Assembly: GCA_963704885.1 (NCBI GenBank)
Contig: CAVPIB010000008.1
Coordinates: forward strand, 1 to 64,000
Length of the DNA: 64,000 bases
Source: an uncultured Actinomycetes bacterium
Lineage (GTDB): Bacteria > Actinomycetota > UBA4738 > HRBIN12
Direction: 5' to 3'
Numbering within the stretch: position 1 is the stretch's first letter; every line of letters begins with the position of its first letter. Positions 46,644 through 56,521 of this stretch are shown one piece after another. Both the position numbers and the translations under genes were made by a program. The notes under the pieces were generated by a model. That model was not told where the DNA came from. It was given only the letters and a program-made list of their open reading frames with translations, and did no database searches.

Positions 46644-47225
46644 GTGGGTCTCTTCGACGACCGCAGTCTCATCTTGTTGATGGCATTAGCGGTCGATCGC
46701 CTCGGACGGCGCCAGTTGGCGGCGATCGATGACCCGCTCGGCACGTATACGGCCGATGGAGTGGCGGCATTCAGCATGATCGGGGTGGACGACTACGACA
46801 CCGACCATCGGCTGGCGTTCGACAGGTGGCTCGAACAGATCAGGGCGGAGGCCTCCTTCGTCGGCGGGATCGTGGCGGTCGGCGAGGAGGCCAAGGACCT
46901 GCGGTCCGTACTGGTCGCAGTGACCCCCGAGGACTTCGTGTTCTTCGACGAGGGCGGCGCCGCCGATGCCGAGATGCCGGAGCTCGGCCGGTTCCCGCGG
47001 TCGGCCGTCAGAGCGGTTGACGTCTTGGACGAGAGCGGGGCCCACGTGGCCGAGCCCGCCGTCGAGTCGATCGACGAGCCCGATGCGCTCGCTGCCGTCA
47101 CGGTGGACTGGCAGCCGGAGGGGGCGGAGCTCGATCGGGACCAGTTCGTCTTCCGCGCTGCGTCCGTCGCATGGGACGCTGCTCACCGCTTCCGGAGCTT
47201 CGCCCAACCGCCGCTCCTGGACTAG
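46644..47225 (+). CDS. Hypothetical acidic protein
   Basis: ORF fills the gap between ppdK and the next gene with GC-rich third positions; start uncertain. Confidence 0.65.
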   Translation: MGLFDDRSLILLMALAVDRLGRRQLAAIDDPLGTYTADGVAAFSMIGVDDYDTDHRLAFDRWLEQIRAEASFVGGIVAVGEEAKDLRSVLVAVTPEDFVFFDEGGAADAEMPELGRFPRSAVRAVDVLDESGAHVAEPAVESIDEPDALAAVTVDWQPEGAELDRDQFVFRAASVAWDAAHRFRSFAQPPLLD

Positions 47226-47234
47226 GCTCGCGCG

Positions 47235-48224
47235 ATGGAGACGATCGCGCTCGAGACCGTCGAAGGCGTCCGGATCACCACCCTGATCGACAACGCGATC
47301 GACGTCTTGATGCCGGACCAGGGGTTCATCAAGCGCTGGGGTCCGGTCGGAACGTCCGCGCCGCTTCCTCTGATCGCGGCCGACGCCGCCGACGGGGGGA
47401 AGTCCGTTGACTCGCTCCGCGCCGAGCACGGCTACTCAGCCCTCATAGAGATCGAGAAGGCCGGCCGCACGCATCGGATCCTGTTCGACGCCGGGGTCAC
47501 GCCCGACGGGCTGATCGGCAACCTCGATCGCCTGGGCGTTTCGCCCGAGACGTTCGAAGCGATCGTGCTGTCGCACGGTCACTACGACCACACCATGGGG
47601 ATGGATGGGCTGATCAGGCGTCTGGGTCGTTCGAACCTGCCGGTCCTGATCCATCCCGAGTTCTGGACCCGTCGGCGGATCGTGATGCCGGGGGGTGGAG
47701 CCTTCGAGCTCCCGCTCGTCAGCAGATCCGCCCTCGAGGATGTGGGGTTCGACATCGTCGAGGACGTGAAACCGTCGTTCCTGCTGGCCGGGTCGCTACT
47801 GATAACGGGCGAGGTCGACCGGACCACAGAGTTCGAGAAAGGGATGCCGATCCATCAGGCGCTCCGCGGTGGCGACTGGGAACCGGATCCCTTGATCCTG
47901 GACGATCAGGCCGCGGTGCTCCACGTGGCGGACAAGGGGTTGGTCGTGCTCACCGGGTGCGGTCATGCCGGCATCGTGAACATCGTGCGTTACGCGAAGA
48001 AGCTGACCGGGATCGAGCGGGTGTACGCCGTGATCGGCGGATTCCATCTGACGGGTGGCTTGTTCGAGCCGATCATCCCGAAGACCGTGGCAGAGCTGGC
48101 CGCCGAGGCACCTGCCGTGGTGATCCCGGCTCACTGCACCGGCTGGAAGGCCGTGCACGCGCTGGCGGCGGAGATGCCCGAAGCCTTCGTGGCCAACAGC
48201 GTGGGTACCCGATACGAGCTCTAG
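47235..48224 (+). CDS. MBL-fold metallo-hydrolase (MJ0448-like)
   Basis: AEHGYS, LFDAG, LSHGHYDH, GCGHAG, GGFH, PAHCTG. Confidence 0.92.
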   Translation: METIALETVEGVRITTLIDNAIDVLMPDQGFIKRWGPVGTSAPLPLIAADAADGGKSVDSLRAEHGYSALIEIEKAGRTHRILFDAGVTPDGLIGNLDRLGVSPETFEAIVLSHGHYDHTMGMDGLIRRLGRSNLPVLIHPEFWTRRRIVMPGGGAFELPLVSRSALEDVGFDIVEDVKPSFLLAGSLLITGEVDRTTEFEKGMPIHQALRGGDWEPDPLILDDQAAVLHVADKGLVVLTGCGHAGIVNIVRYAKKLTGIERVYAVIGGFHLTGGLFEPIIPKTVAELAAEAPAVVIPAHCTGWKAVHALAAEMPEAFVANSVGTRYEL

Positions 48225-48353
48225 CCTGGTGACGGGGGTCACCCGGAATCGGCCACTTGATCGCCGTTCGTCCCCTCGACCGCCGATGCGCCGGCGGCCG
48301 GTGTCGGGTTAGAGTCGCGTTCCTCAACCTCCCCCACGGTCAAGGAGGTTGAT

Positions 48354-48965
48354 ATGTCACCGGATCGTCCACCGATCCTCGACACCGTGTCCACGTTCGT
48401 CAGGTTCGCGGTTGTCGCCGTGGCCGTCGTGCTACTAGCGCTCACGACTCCCGTCCGGGCGGGTCATATGCAGGACTGGACCCACAACCACTCGTTGATC
48501 GCGACGCGTCCGTCTTCGTACAGCGCGATGGTTCAGCGGTTCGGGCAGGCCTGCAGCAACGCGGCGGACGACGCACGGTCCTACTGGCCCCATCAAGCAG
48601 CCCGCAACGTCGGCGGGTACATCAAGTACAACGCGTACATAGGCGAGAACGTCGGGTACAACGTTCGGAACCACATCAACGCGTCTCACAAGGACGGTGC
48701 GACCGACTACGGCGTATACGGCTACGTCTGCCGGTACATCGGCGGCACCACATCGTGGTCGACGCACGCGTTCGGAGCGGCGATCGACACGAACTCGTTC
48801 CGTAACCCACAGTTCCAGACGTTCTGGAGCGGCGTCGGGGCCGACGGGATCAACCACGGCACCTACATCCCTGGCGTTTGGCAGAGCCACCGCTTCTACT
48901 GGGGTCTGAACTTCAGCCCCGGGCGACAGGACCCCATGCACTTCCAGTTCGTAACCGGGTACTGA
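48354..48965 (+). CDS. Secreted M15-family peptidoglycan peptidase
   Basis: Signal peptide; WSTHAFGAAID (SxHxxGxAxD) and DPMHFQ; SD AAGGAGG. Confidence 0.88.
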   Translation: MSPDRPPILDTVSTFVRFAVVAVAVVLLALTTPVRAGHMQDWTHNHSLIATRPSSYSAMVQRFGQACSNAADDARSYWPHQAARNVGGYIKYNAYIGENVGYNVRNHINASHKDGATDYGVYGYVCRYIGGTTSWSTHAFGAAIDTNSFRNPQFQTFWSGVGADGINHGTYIPGVWQSHRFYWGLNFSPGRQDPMHFQFVTGY

Positions 48966-48990
48966 TCTCCCCCGCAAGGAGGTTCTACGG

Positions 48991-50346
48991 ATGTCCATCA
49001 GAGCCATCTCCGGCCCCCGCACGCTCGCTGCAGTCGTGATCCTCTCGATCGCGGTCGCGGGCACCGTCGCGCAAGCGCGATCCGAGGCCGCAACCGGACG
49101 CCAGACCAGGGACGCCGCTTGCTTCGGCGAGCGGAGCCTCGCGGTAGGGCGATCGAGACTGGCCAGCGGTGATGCCGTGGTGGCCGCGGTCGGGAACACC
49201 CTCGTGACGATCCGAGGGGGCTCGGATGGCGCGGTGTCGGCGGTGGCGCTCCCGGGCGGTCTCGCGCGGCACGTTTCGTCCCGGCCCGGGCTCGGAACCG
49301 TATACGTGAGCGATCGACCCGGGAACGATCGGCTGGTTGTGACCACGGCGTCGGGCATGGGCGTGGTCTCCGAGCCGGGTGAGGTCATGCATCCCTCCTG
49401 GTCTACGGACGGAAGGATCGTCTGGTCCTTGGGCGCCGAGCTCAGGATCCGCTCGGCCGACGGTCGGCGGATCCGCTCTATCCGCGCTCCTCGGGGGGCG
49501 ACCGGCGTGTTCTCACCGATCTTCGCCGCGAGGTCCACCTTGATGGCCGTGGTCTCCGAAAGTGCGGCCGGACCTCACGGCGACACCGCGCTCGACAACC
49601 TGTGGAGCTACGACCTTCGGCGCGGACGGTGGTACCGGGTCTCGACGTTCACGGCCGGTTCCCTTGCGTGGACGGCGATCCGCACGCCGGTCGTCGCTGG
49701 CCCGGGACGGGTGGAGTTCGTAGTGATAAGGGGACGGGCGGCAGCCACGGACCAGGTGTCGTACGAGCTGTGGGTGGTCGATGGGTCCCGGATCGTGAAG
49801 GTCCGTGATATCCCCGAAGAGATGTACCTCGCCATGGTCGTTGACGGCCGCCGGGTGTGGAACCGGTTCGATCCGGCGGTGAACGAGTGGCGCCTCCTCC
49901 TGGAGACCATCGGCGGCACCCTGCTGGATCTGGGCTGCGGCCGCGTCCAGGTGGATCCTCGAGGGCAGGCCGATCCCGACCTCGGGTTCTTCGAGTCGAG
50001 ACCGTCTGAGCCAGAACCCTCGCCTACCCCGACCGATCCTCCTACGACCCAGTCCCAGGCCACGCCGACTCCGGTGCCCGACACGCCCCACTCGGTGGCG
50101 ATCCTGGTCGGCGACTTCAGCTCGGCTGCGGCGGCGGCCGAGGTAGCGCAGCGTATCCGCTTGGCGTACGGTGACTCGGCGGGCGTTGCGGTCGTTGACA
50201 GCCAGCAGGCGCCGCTGGCGGTGGCGCCAGGAGTATGGGCGGTCGTGCTGCCCGTGGACCCGAGTCACGACATCCAGGCGGAGCTGGGGCAGTTCAGGTC
50301 TAACTTCCCCGAGTTCGGAGGCTGGAGCTGGGTGGTGGCGATCTGA
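48991..50346 (+). CDS. Secreted protein, beta-rich N-terminal region, Pro/Thr linker, SPOR-like C-terminal domain
   Basis: SD AAGGAGG; signal peptide; HPSWSTDG; PSPTPTDPPTT linker; VGDFSSAAAAAEVAQRI. Confidence 0.7.
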   Translation: MSIRAISGPRTLAAVVILSIAVAGTVAQARSEAATGRQTRDAACFGERSLAVGRSRLASGDAVVAAVGNTLVTIRGGSDGAVSAVALPGGLARHVSSRPGLGTVYVSDRPGNDRLVVTTASGMGVVSEPGEVMHPSWSTDGRIVWSLGAELRIRSADGRRIRSIRAPRGATGVFSPIFAARSTLMAVVSESAAGPHGDTALDNLWSYDLRRGRWYRVSTFTAGSLAWTAIRTPVVAGPGRVEFVVIRGRAAATDQVSYELWVVDGSRIVKVRDIPEEMYLAMVVDGRRVWNRFDPAVNEWRLLLETIGGTLLDLGCGRVQVDPRGQADPDLGFFESRPSEPEPSPTPTDPPTTQSQATPTPVPDTPHSVAILVGDFSSAAAAAEVAQRIRLAYGDSAGVAVVDSQQAPLAVAPGVWAVVLPVDPSHDIQAELGQFRSNFPEFGGWSWVVAI

Positions 50347-50765
50347 TGAACGCGGCGAGGGCGTTGGTGCGAGCGGCGGCGGCACTGACCTTCACGGTGA
50401 TCCTGACCGCGTGCGGTTCCTCTCCGGCCTCGGAGGGGCCAACCTCCGGACCGGACCCCACGGAAACGCAGACCAGCCCGACCCAGAGCGGACCATCGGC
50501 CGTCTGGCTTGCCGGTCTCCGAGTGGAAGCCGACTCTGAGGACCTCAACGCCGACACCCAGAAGATCCTGGAGGCGGCTGGGACCGCCATCTTCACGGGG
50601 CCGGTCTCGTGCTTCGACAGCGTGCCGGCGGAGTTCGTGCCGGCACCGGACGCGTACGTGCTGGGCCTGGTGGCGCCTTCCCGCGAGGAGCTCGAGGTGG
50701 CCGTGGATCGCGTCGGGCGTGAGCCGATCTTCGTGGTGCAAGTCACGAACACGTGCGTCGACTAG
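50346..50765 (+). CDS. Hypothetical lipoprotein
   Basis: Lipobox LTAC; TGATG coupling; two further Cys. Confidence 0.8.
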   Translation: MNAARALVRAAAALTFTVILTACGSSPASEGPTSGPDPTETQTSPTQSGPSAVWLAGLRVEADSEDLNADTQKILEAAGTAIFTGPVSCFDSVPAEFVPAPDAYVLGLVAPSREELEVAVDRVGREPIFVVQVTNTCVD

Positions 50766-50785
50766 GCCGTTGTTAGCCTTAACCG

Positions 50786-51394
50786 GTGAGCCTCGTCCGT
50801 CGCCATCCCGTCCTGTCCGGGGTCGCGCTCGTCCTCCTGGTCGCGTTGACCGTGGTCGGGGCGAGCGCGATCACCGTGTGGCGCGCCGCCCACACCGACG
50901 ACGCCAGTCACGCTGAGCGGGCCGATGTCATCATCGTGCTGGGTGCCGCCCAGTACGACGGGGAGCCCTCGCCGGTCTTCCGGGGTCGCCTAGATCACGC
51001 GGTACTGCTGTACCAGCAGGGGCGTGCGGAGCGCGTGATGGTCGTGGGATCCAAGTCTCCCGGAGACAGTACGACCGAGGCCGAGGCCGGCGGGGACTAC
51101 CTGGTCTCTCAGGGGGTTCCGGCCGGCTCGGTGGTGGTCGAGCCCGTCGGGCGGACCACATACGACAGCTTGGTGGGAGCCGCGCGCTACATGCGCAAGC
51201 ACGACATGGAGAGCGCGTTCCTGGTCTCCGATCCCTGGCACAACGCACGGATCACCCGGATGGCCGCGGACCTGGGGATCCAGGGATACGCATCGGCAAC
51301 CTGGACGTCGGCGGCCACCAGCGAGGACACGAGGTTCACGGGTTACGCCCGCGAGACCTTCGCCTATCTCTATTACCGGGTTTTCGGACGCTGA
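50786..51394 (+). CDS. YdcF/ElyC/SanA (DUF218) family envelope protein
   Basis: TM; ADVIIVLGAA, RLDHA..LY, EAE, VSDPWH..R. Confidence 0.9.
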   Translation: MSLVRRHPVLSGVALVLLVALTVVGASAITVWRAAHTDDASHAERADVIIVLGAAQYDGEPSPVFRGRLDHAVLLYQQGRAERVMVVGSKSPGDSTTEAEAGGDYLVSQGVPAGSVVVEPVGRTTYDSLVGAARYMRKHDMESAFLVSDPWHNARITRMAADLGIQGYASATWTSAATSEDTRFTGYARETFAYLYYRVFGR

Positions 51395-51406
51395 GACGGC
51401 TCCCGC

Positions 51407-51832
51407 TCAAGTGACGGTGAGCGTGCCCTCCATCCCCTGCCTGCGGTGGAATCGGCAGAAGAACGTGTAGGTGCCCGGTTCAAGGTCGATCGTCACTTCC
51501 TGCGAGCTTTGGGCGTCGTTCGCCAGGTCGATATCGGTCTCCTCGACCGTGAAGGTGTGAGGAGTGGTGGGGTTCGTATCGCTCACCGTGATGGTGTCGC
51601 CTTGCTGCACGGCGAGCTTCGCAGGCGCGAACTGGTAGTTCACCTGTGTCAGGGTCTTGCCGCCCGAGGCCGGGGGAGCGCCCCCGTCGCTCACGCTCGC
51701 ATCGGTGGACGAGGCAGCTGTGCCTCCGTACGCGCCGCCCCCGCCACCGGTGCCCGAGCCATCTCCGCAAGCCGTCGTCATGAACAGGAGCGCGAGCGCC
51801 CCCGCGGCGACACAAGTGAAGCGCCGATCCAT
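51407..51832 (-). CDS. Cupredoxin (blue-copper) lipoprotein
   Basis: Lipobox TTAC; PHTF and YTFFCRFH...GM type-1 Cu ligands; SD GGGAGG. Confidence 0.9.
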   Translation of the reverse strand: MDRRFTCVAAGALALLFMTTACGDGSGTGGGGGAYGGTAASSTDASVSDGGAPPASGGKTLTQVNYQFAPAKLAVQQGDTITVSDTNPTTPHTFTVEETDIDLANDAQSSQEVTIDLEPGTYTFFCRFHRRQGMEGTLTVT

Positions 51833-51910
51833 GGAACACCTCCCACGTCTTGCGGGTATACGGGCGGGCTCGCCCTCCGGCCTGTCGTCGCTCGACGCTA
51901 GCATGGGGTC

Positions 51911-52918
51911 GTGACGACCCCCCGTGAGCGCAGCGAGCAGATCGAGCGTGACACCCTTTCTCCGCGCGCCACGCTGGCGTCGGCGTCCAAGGGGCGCGAA
52001 CGCGACGAGCCGCAGGACGCCATCCGCACCGTCTTCCAGCGCGATCGCGACCGGATAGTCCACGCCAAGGCTTTCCGCCGTCTCAAGCACAAGACGCAGG
52101 TGTTCCTCGCGCCCGAGGGTGATCACTACCGGGTCCGCCTGACCCACACCCTCGATGTCAGCCAGATCGCCCGCACCGTTGCCAGGGCACTCGGTCTGAA
52201 CGAGGACCTCACCGAGGCCATAGCGCTCGGCCACGACCTGGGCCATACCCCCTTCGGCCACCTGGGCGAACAGGCGCTGACGCCGTTCCTGGGTCGTCCC
52301 TTCCGCCACTCCGAGCAGAGCCTGCGCGTCGTGGATCACCTGGAGAACGATGGGCAGGGGCTGAACCTGACTTGGGAGGTCCGCGACGGCATCCTGCATC
52401 ACCCATGGTCCATGCCGTCGCCGTCCACGCTGGAGGCCCAGATCGTGAGGTTCGCCGACCGGATCGCCTACATCAACCACGACGTGGACGACGCGGTCCG
52501 TGCCGGCGTCCTCCGTGAGGACGAGCTGCCTCGCGCGGCGCTCGACGTCTTGGGCGACACCCACGGCCGGCGGATCAACACGCTGGTCACCGACCTGGTG
52601 ACCCAGAGCGAGGATCAGCCCGAGATCCAGCTCTCGCCGCAGGTATTCGCGGCGCTGGACGCGCTGCGTGACTTCATGTTCGACCAGGTCTACATGCGCG
52701 AGGGGGCCAGGGAGGAGAACGAGAAGGCTGTGAAGCTGATCCGGGATCTGTTCGCGCACTACCTCGAACACCCCGACGAGATGCCGTCCGAGTACCATCA
52801 GGCGCCGGGGGACCTCCCGACCCGCGTGGCCGACTTCATCGCCGGCATGACGGATCGGTACGCCCTTCGGACATACGAGCGGCTCGTCCTTCCCCAGGGG
52901 TGGCTCATCGAGAGGTAG
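51911..52918 (+). CDS. dgt: Deoxyguanosinetriphosphate triphosphohydrolase-like HD protein
   Basis: FQRDRDRI.H..AFRRLKHKTQVF, RLTH, GHDLGHTPFGH, ADRIAY..HD. Confidence 0.95.
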   Translation: MTTPRERSEQIERDTLSPRATLASASKGRERDEPQDAIRTVFQRDRDRIVHAKAFRRLKHKTQVFLAPEGDHYRVRLTHTLDVSQIARTVARALGLNEDLTEAIALGHDLGHTPFGHLGEQALTPFLGRPFRHSEQSLRVVDHLENDGQGLNLTWEVRDGILHHPWSMPSPSTLEAQIVRFADRIAYINHDVDDAVRAGVLREDELPRAALDVLGDTHGRRINTLVTDLVTQSEDQPEIQLSPQVFAALDALRDFMFDQVYMREGAREENEKAVKLIRDLFAHYLEHPDEMPSEYHQAPGDLPTRVADFIAGMTDRYALRTYERLVLPQGWLIER

Positions 52919-52958
52919 AGCGGTATCCCGGCGGCACATCTGTACGGAACGGGGCGGA

Positions 52959-54746
52959 GTGGCGGGCAGGATCAGGCAGGAAGACGTCGAGGCGGTCAGG
53001 GAGCGGACCGACATGGTCAAGCTCGTCGGCCAGTACCTGACGCTCAAGAAGGCAGGCGGCGACAACATGACCGGCCTGTGCCCGTTCCACCAGGAGAAGA
53101 CGCCTTCCTTCAGCATCTCTCCGGCCAAGCAGCTCTTCTACTGCCACGGCTGCGGCAAGGGAGGCGATGCCATCGGGTTCCTGCGCGAGCTCGAGCACCT
53201 CGGCTTCACCGAGGCCGTCGAACGGCTGGCGCAGCAGGCCGGCATCACCCTGCGCTACGAGGGCGATTCGCCCGCCGAGCGCCGAGCCGCCGCACGCCGT
53301 ATCGCGCTGATCAAGGCGAACGAAGAGGCGGCGCGGCTCTTCGCGAAGATGCTCGCGGACGGCCGAGAGGCCGATGAGGCCCGCGCCTACGTCGCTGGCC
53401 GCGGCATAACCCCCGAGTCCGTCGAACGGTTCGCGATCGGCTACGCGCCCACCTACCCGGACTTCCTGCTTCGGCGTATGAGTCGCGAGTTCTCCCCCGA
53501 GATCTTGTTGGAGGCGGGTCTGGCCACCCGCGGCGACGACGGCAGTGCCGTCCGCGATCGGTTCCGCGGCCGCATCACGTTCCCCATCCACGATCTGCAG
53601 GGGCGCGGCATCGGCTTCGGAGCGCGGATCTTGCCGACGGATCCTCGCGCCTCCGAGCAAGCCAAGTACCTCAACACCGCCGAGACGCCCATCTACAAGA
53701 AGAACGAGGTCCTGTTCCATCTGGCGGCGGCGCGCGGTGCGATCGCCCGCGCGGGCGAGGTCTACGTGGTCGAGGGATACACCGACGTGATCGGCCTGGT
53801 GCAGGCGGGGATCGAGAACGCTGTAGCCACCTGTGGCACGGCGTTGGGGGAGGGGCACTTCCGTCTGCTGAGCCGGTTCGCGCAGCGCGCGGTCCTGGCG
53901 TTCGACTCGGACGAGGCGGGAGCACGCGCGGCGGAACGTGCGTACCAGTTCCAAGAGACGTTCCCCGTGCAGGCGGTCGTCATGATCATGCCGCAGGGTT
54001 TGGACCCCGCCGACTTCGTGGCCAAGCACGGCGCGGACGCCGTTCGCGAGGCCGCGAAGACATCTCGGCCGCTGGTGGAGTACATGGTGCGCCGAACGGT
54101 GGCGCGACACGATCTGTCCACGGTCGAAGGGCAGTCGGCCGCCGTCGCCGACGCGCTGCCCATCCTGGAGGGTCTGTCGGATCCGGTGCGCCGCAGCGAA
54201 TACGGCCACCTGCTGGCCGACATCGCGGGAGTCTCGGACTCCTCGGTGATGCAGGCGCTGGAGCGCCGGCTGGGTGGTCGTCCTCAGGAGATCGCCAAGA
54301 CCATGAAGCGCGTCTCCGCCCAGGACAAAGTGGAGCGCGAGATGCTGAAGCTCCTCGCGCGCGACGACCAGATCTACCAGGCCTACATCGGCCAGCTGGA
54401 GCCCGATCACTTCCGCAACGCGGGCCACAAGCGCACGTTCCAGGCGATCGTCGAAGCCAACGGCGATATCGGCGCCATCGGGGGCGGAGAGGATGCGAAG
54501 CTCGCCGCGGCCGTGTCGTCGCTCGCGGTCGAGGAGCTCGACGGTGAGCCCGACCCCGAGTACGCGCGCAGCGTGTGGATGCGTCTGCAGGAGTTCCTGT
54601 TGAAGAGCAGGAGTGATGCCATGCGCATGACGCTGCAGAAGCTGAACCCCACGACCAGTCCCGAGTACGACGATCTCTTCAGGGAGCTGGTGGCGGTGGA
54701 CGGCGACCTGCGAAGGCTGCGTCACTCGGATCCCGATGTGGACTAG
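52959..54746 (+). CDS. dnaG: DNA primase
   Basis: CPFH..KTPSF...CHGC zinc finger, DRFRGR, KYLNT.ET, VEGYTD, FDSDEAG TOPRIM. Confidence 0.98.
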   Translation: MAGRIRQEDVEAVRERTDMVKLVGQYLTLKKAGGDNMTGLCPFHQEKTPSFSISPAKQLFYCHGCGKGGDAIGFLRELEHLGFTEAVERLAQQAGITLRYEGDSPAERRAAARRIALIKANEEAARLFAKMLADGREADEARAYVAGRGITPESVERFAIGYAPTYPDFLLRRMSREFSPEILLEAGLATRGDDGSAVRDRFRGRITFPIHDLQGRGIGFGARILPTDPRASEQAKYLNTAETPIYKKNEVLFHLAAARGAIARAGEVYVVEGYTDVIGLVQAGIENAVATCGTALGEGHFRLLSRFAQRAVLAFDSDEAGARAAERAYQFQETFPVQAVVMIMPQGLDPADFVAKHGADAVREAAKTSRPLVEYMVRRTVARHDLSTVEGQSAAVADALPILEGLSDPVRRSEYGHLLADIAGVSDSSVMQALERRLGGRPQEIAKTMKRVSAQDKVEREMLKLLARDDQIYQAYIGQLEPDHFRNAGHKRTFQAIVEANGDIGAIGGGEDAKLAAAVSSLAVEELDGEPDPEYARSVWMRLQEFLLKSRSDAMRMTLQKLNPTTSPEYDDLFRELVAVDGDLRRLRHSDPDVD

Positions 54747-54827
54747 GAACGCAACGGCCGATCGGGTCACAGGCCTATCTGGTTTCGTACACTCGTGAAA
54801 CCGTGCATCGTTCGCTGAGGAGACCCA

Positions 54828-56141
54828 TTGGCTGAAGCGGTCCGCGATGAAGCGCCGATGAGTCTGGACGAAGTCAAGGAAGCCATCACCGCCAAAGGGC
54901 GTGAGCGTGGCTTCGTCACATCGGAAGACCTTCTGGAAACCGTCCCGGTAGATGACCTCACCCCCGAACAGGTCGAGGAGTTCCTGACCCAGATCCAGGA
55001 GCACCTGACGGCCGAGTCCATCGAGGTCATCGAGGTTCCAGGCGAGGATTCCGACCCAGCCACCAACGTCCGCATCGAGGTCGACCTGCTGAAGGCGCCG
55101 ACCAACGACCCGGTCCGGATGTACCTGAAGGAGATCGGCAAGGTCCCGCTGCTGAACGCTGCGCAGGAGGTTGACCTGGCCCGTCGGATCGAGGCCGGCG
55201 AGTTCTCCACGGCGCTCCAGCAGACGATCGAGGATGAGGAGAAGCCCGATCCCAAGCGCCTGAAGCACGTGGTCGAGAAGGTCTGGGAGATCCGTGACCA
55301 TCAGCTGACCGCGTTCGGCAAGGTGGAGGGCATCGGCCGCGAGAAGATCGCCAAGTCCTACCGGCCCAAGACCGATGAGGAGATGGAAGCGTGGCTGAAG
55401 CGCGTGGAGCGCGACGGTCAGCTCGCCAAGAAGAAGCTGATCGAGGCCAACCTGAGGCTGGTGGTCTCGATCGCCAAACGCTACGTGGGGCGAGGGATGC
55501 TGTTCCTGGATCTGATCCAGGAAGGCAACCTGGGCCTGATCCGTGCGGTCGAGAAGTTCGACCACTCCAAGGGGTTCAAGTTCTCAACGTACGCCACGTG
55601 GTGGATCCGTCAGGCCATCACGCGTGCGATCGCCGATCAGGCACGGACCATCAGGATCCCAGTGCACATGGTCGAGACCATCAACAAGCTGGTTCGCGTG
55701 CAGCGGCAGCTGCTCCAAGACCTCGGCCGTGAGCCCACGCCGGACGAGATCGGCAAGGTCATGGGGATCGGCGCCGACAAGGTTCGCGAGATCCAGAAGG
55801 TGTCGCAGGAACCGGTTTCACTCGAGACCCCGATCGGCGAGGAGGAGGACTCCCACCTCGGCGACTTCATCGAGGACTCGGAGGCCGTGGTTCCGGTGGA
55901 CGCCGCATCGTTCATCCTGCTTCAGGAGCAGCTGGAGAGTGTGCTTCACACCCTGAGCGAACGCGAGAAGAAGGTGATCCAGCTGCGGTTCGGCCTTGTC
56001 GACGGCCATCCGCGAACGCTCGAAGAGGTGGGCCGCGAGTTCGGCGTAACACGCGAGCGGATCCGCCAGATCGAATCCAAGACGCTGTCGAAGCTGCGGC
56101 ACCCCTCGCGGAGCCAGAAGCTCCGCGACTACCTAGAGTAG
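54828..56141 (+). CDS. rpoD: Primary sigma factor RpoD/SigA
   Basis: [48 protein letters not shown]; TTG start with SD GAGGAG. Confidence 0.98.
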   Translation: MAEAVRDEAPMSLDEVKEAITAKGRERGFVTSEDLLETVPVDDLTPEQVEEFLTQIQEHLTAESIEVIEVPGEDSDPATNVRIEVDLLKAPTNDPVRMYLKEIGKVPLLNAAQEVDLARRIEAGEFSTALQQTIEDEEKPDPKRLKHVVEKVWEIRDHQLTAFGKVEGIGREKIAKSYRPKTDEEMEAWLKRVERDGQLAKKKLIEANLRLVVSIAKRYVGRGMLFLDLIQEGNLGLIRAVEKFDHSKGFKFSTYATWWIRQAITRAIADQARTIRIPVHMVETINKLVRVQRQLLQDLGREPTPDEIGKVMGIGADKVREIQKVSQEPVSLETPIGEEEDSHLGDFIEDSEAVVPVDAASFILLQEQLESVLHTLSEREKKVIQLRFGLVDGHPRTLEEVGREFGVTRERIRQIESKTLSKLRHPSRSQKLRDYLE

Positions 56142-56152
56142 TCCGCCTCAGA

Positions 56153-56416
56153 CTAGTTCCAGACCGCCTCGTCGCTCTCGTAGTCGCTCATGCGATCGCG
56201 TAGCGAGCCGCGTGCACGCTTGATCATGTCGAGGCTCTTCATCGTGGCTTGATCGGCCAACCGCTTCCCCTGCGCGGACACCGTACGAGCTGTGCGGCTC
56301 CCGGATTCGCGACGTGGGCCGCTGACGACGTTCGGGTCGTCCTCGCGCATCTTGGCCGCCAACTTGTAGCCGATGAAGATCCCGAGTCCGATCAGGATCA
56401 GGTTGCGAAGTCTCAT
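56153..56416 (-). CDS. Small membrane-anchored hypothetical protein
   Basis: MRLRNLILIGLGIFIGY N-terminal TM followed by a charged helix. Confidence 0.7.
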   Translation of the reverse strand: MRLRNLILIGLGIFIGYKLAAKMREDDPNVVSGPRRESGSRTARTVSAQGKRLADQATMKSLDMIKRARGSLRDRMSDYESDEAVWN

Positions 56417-56521
56417 GGTGGAGCCCCCAGGCGTCGTGGGCTGACAGCCTATCGCGATGCTCGGCAAGCTGGGAGGCTCGCGGGGAGAGCGATGACCGGC
56501 TGGTAGGCTCCGCGACTCTCG

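Noticed and set aside
52905-55565. Long antisense ORFs (886 aa here; also 11642-13471, 43674-45248 and 51833-53128)
   Set aside because: Shadow frames of high-GC coding genes on the opposite strand, with no motifs or start signals
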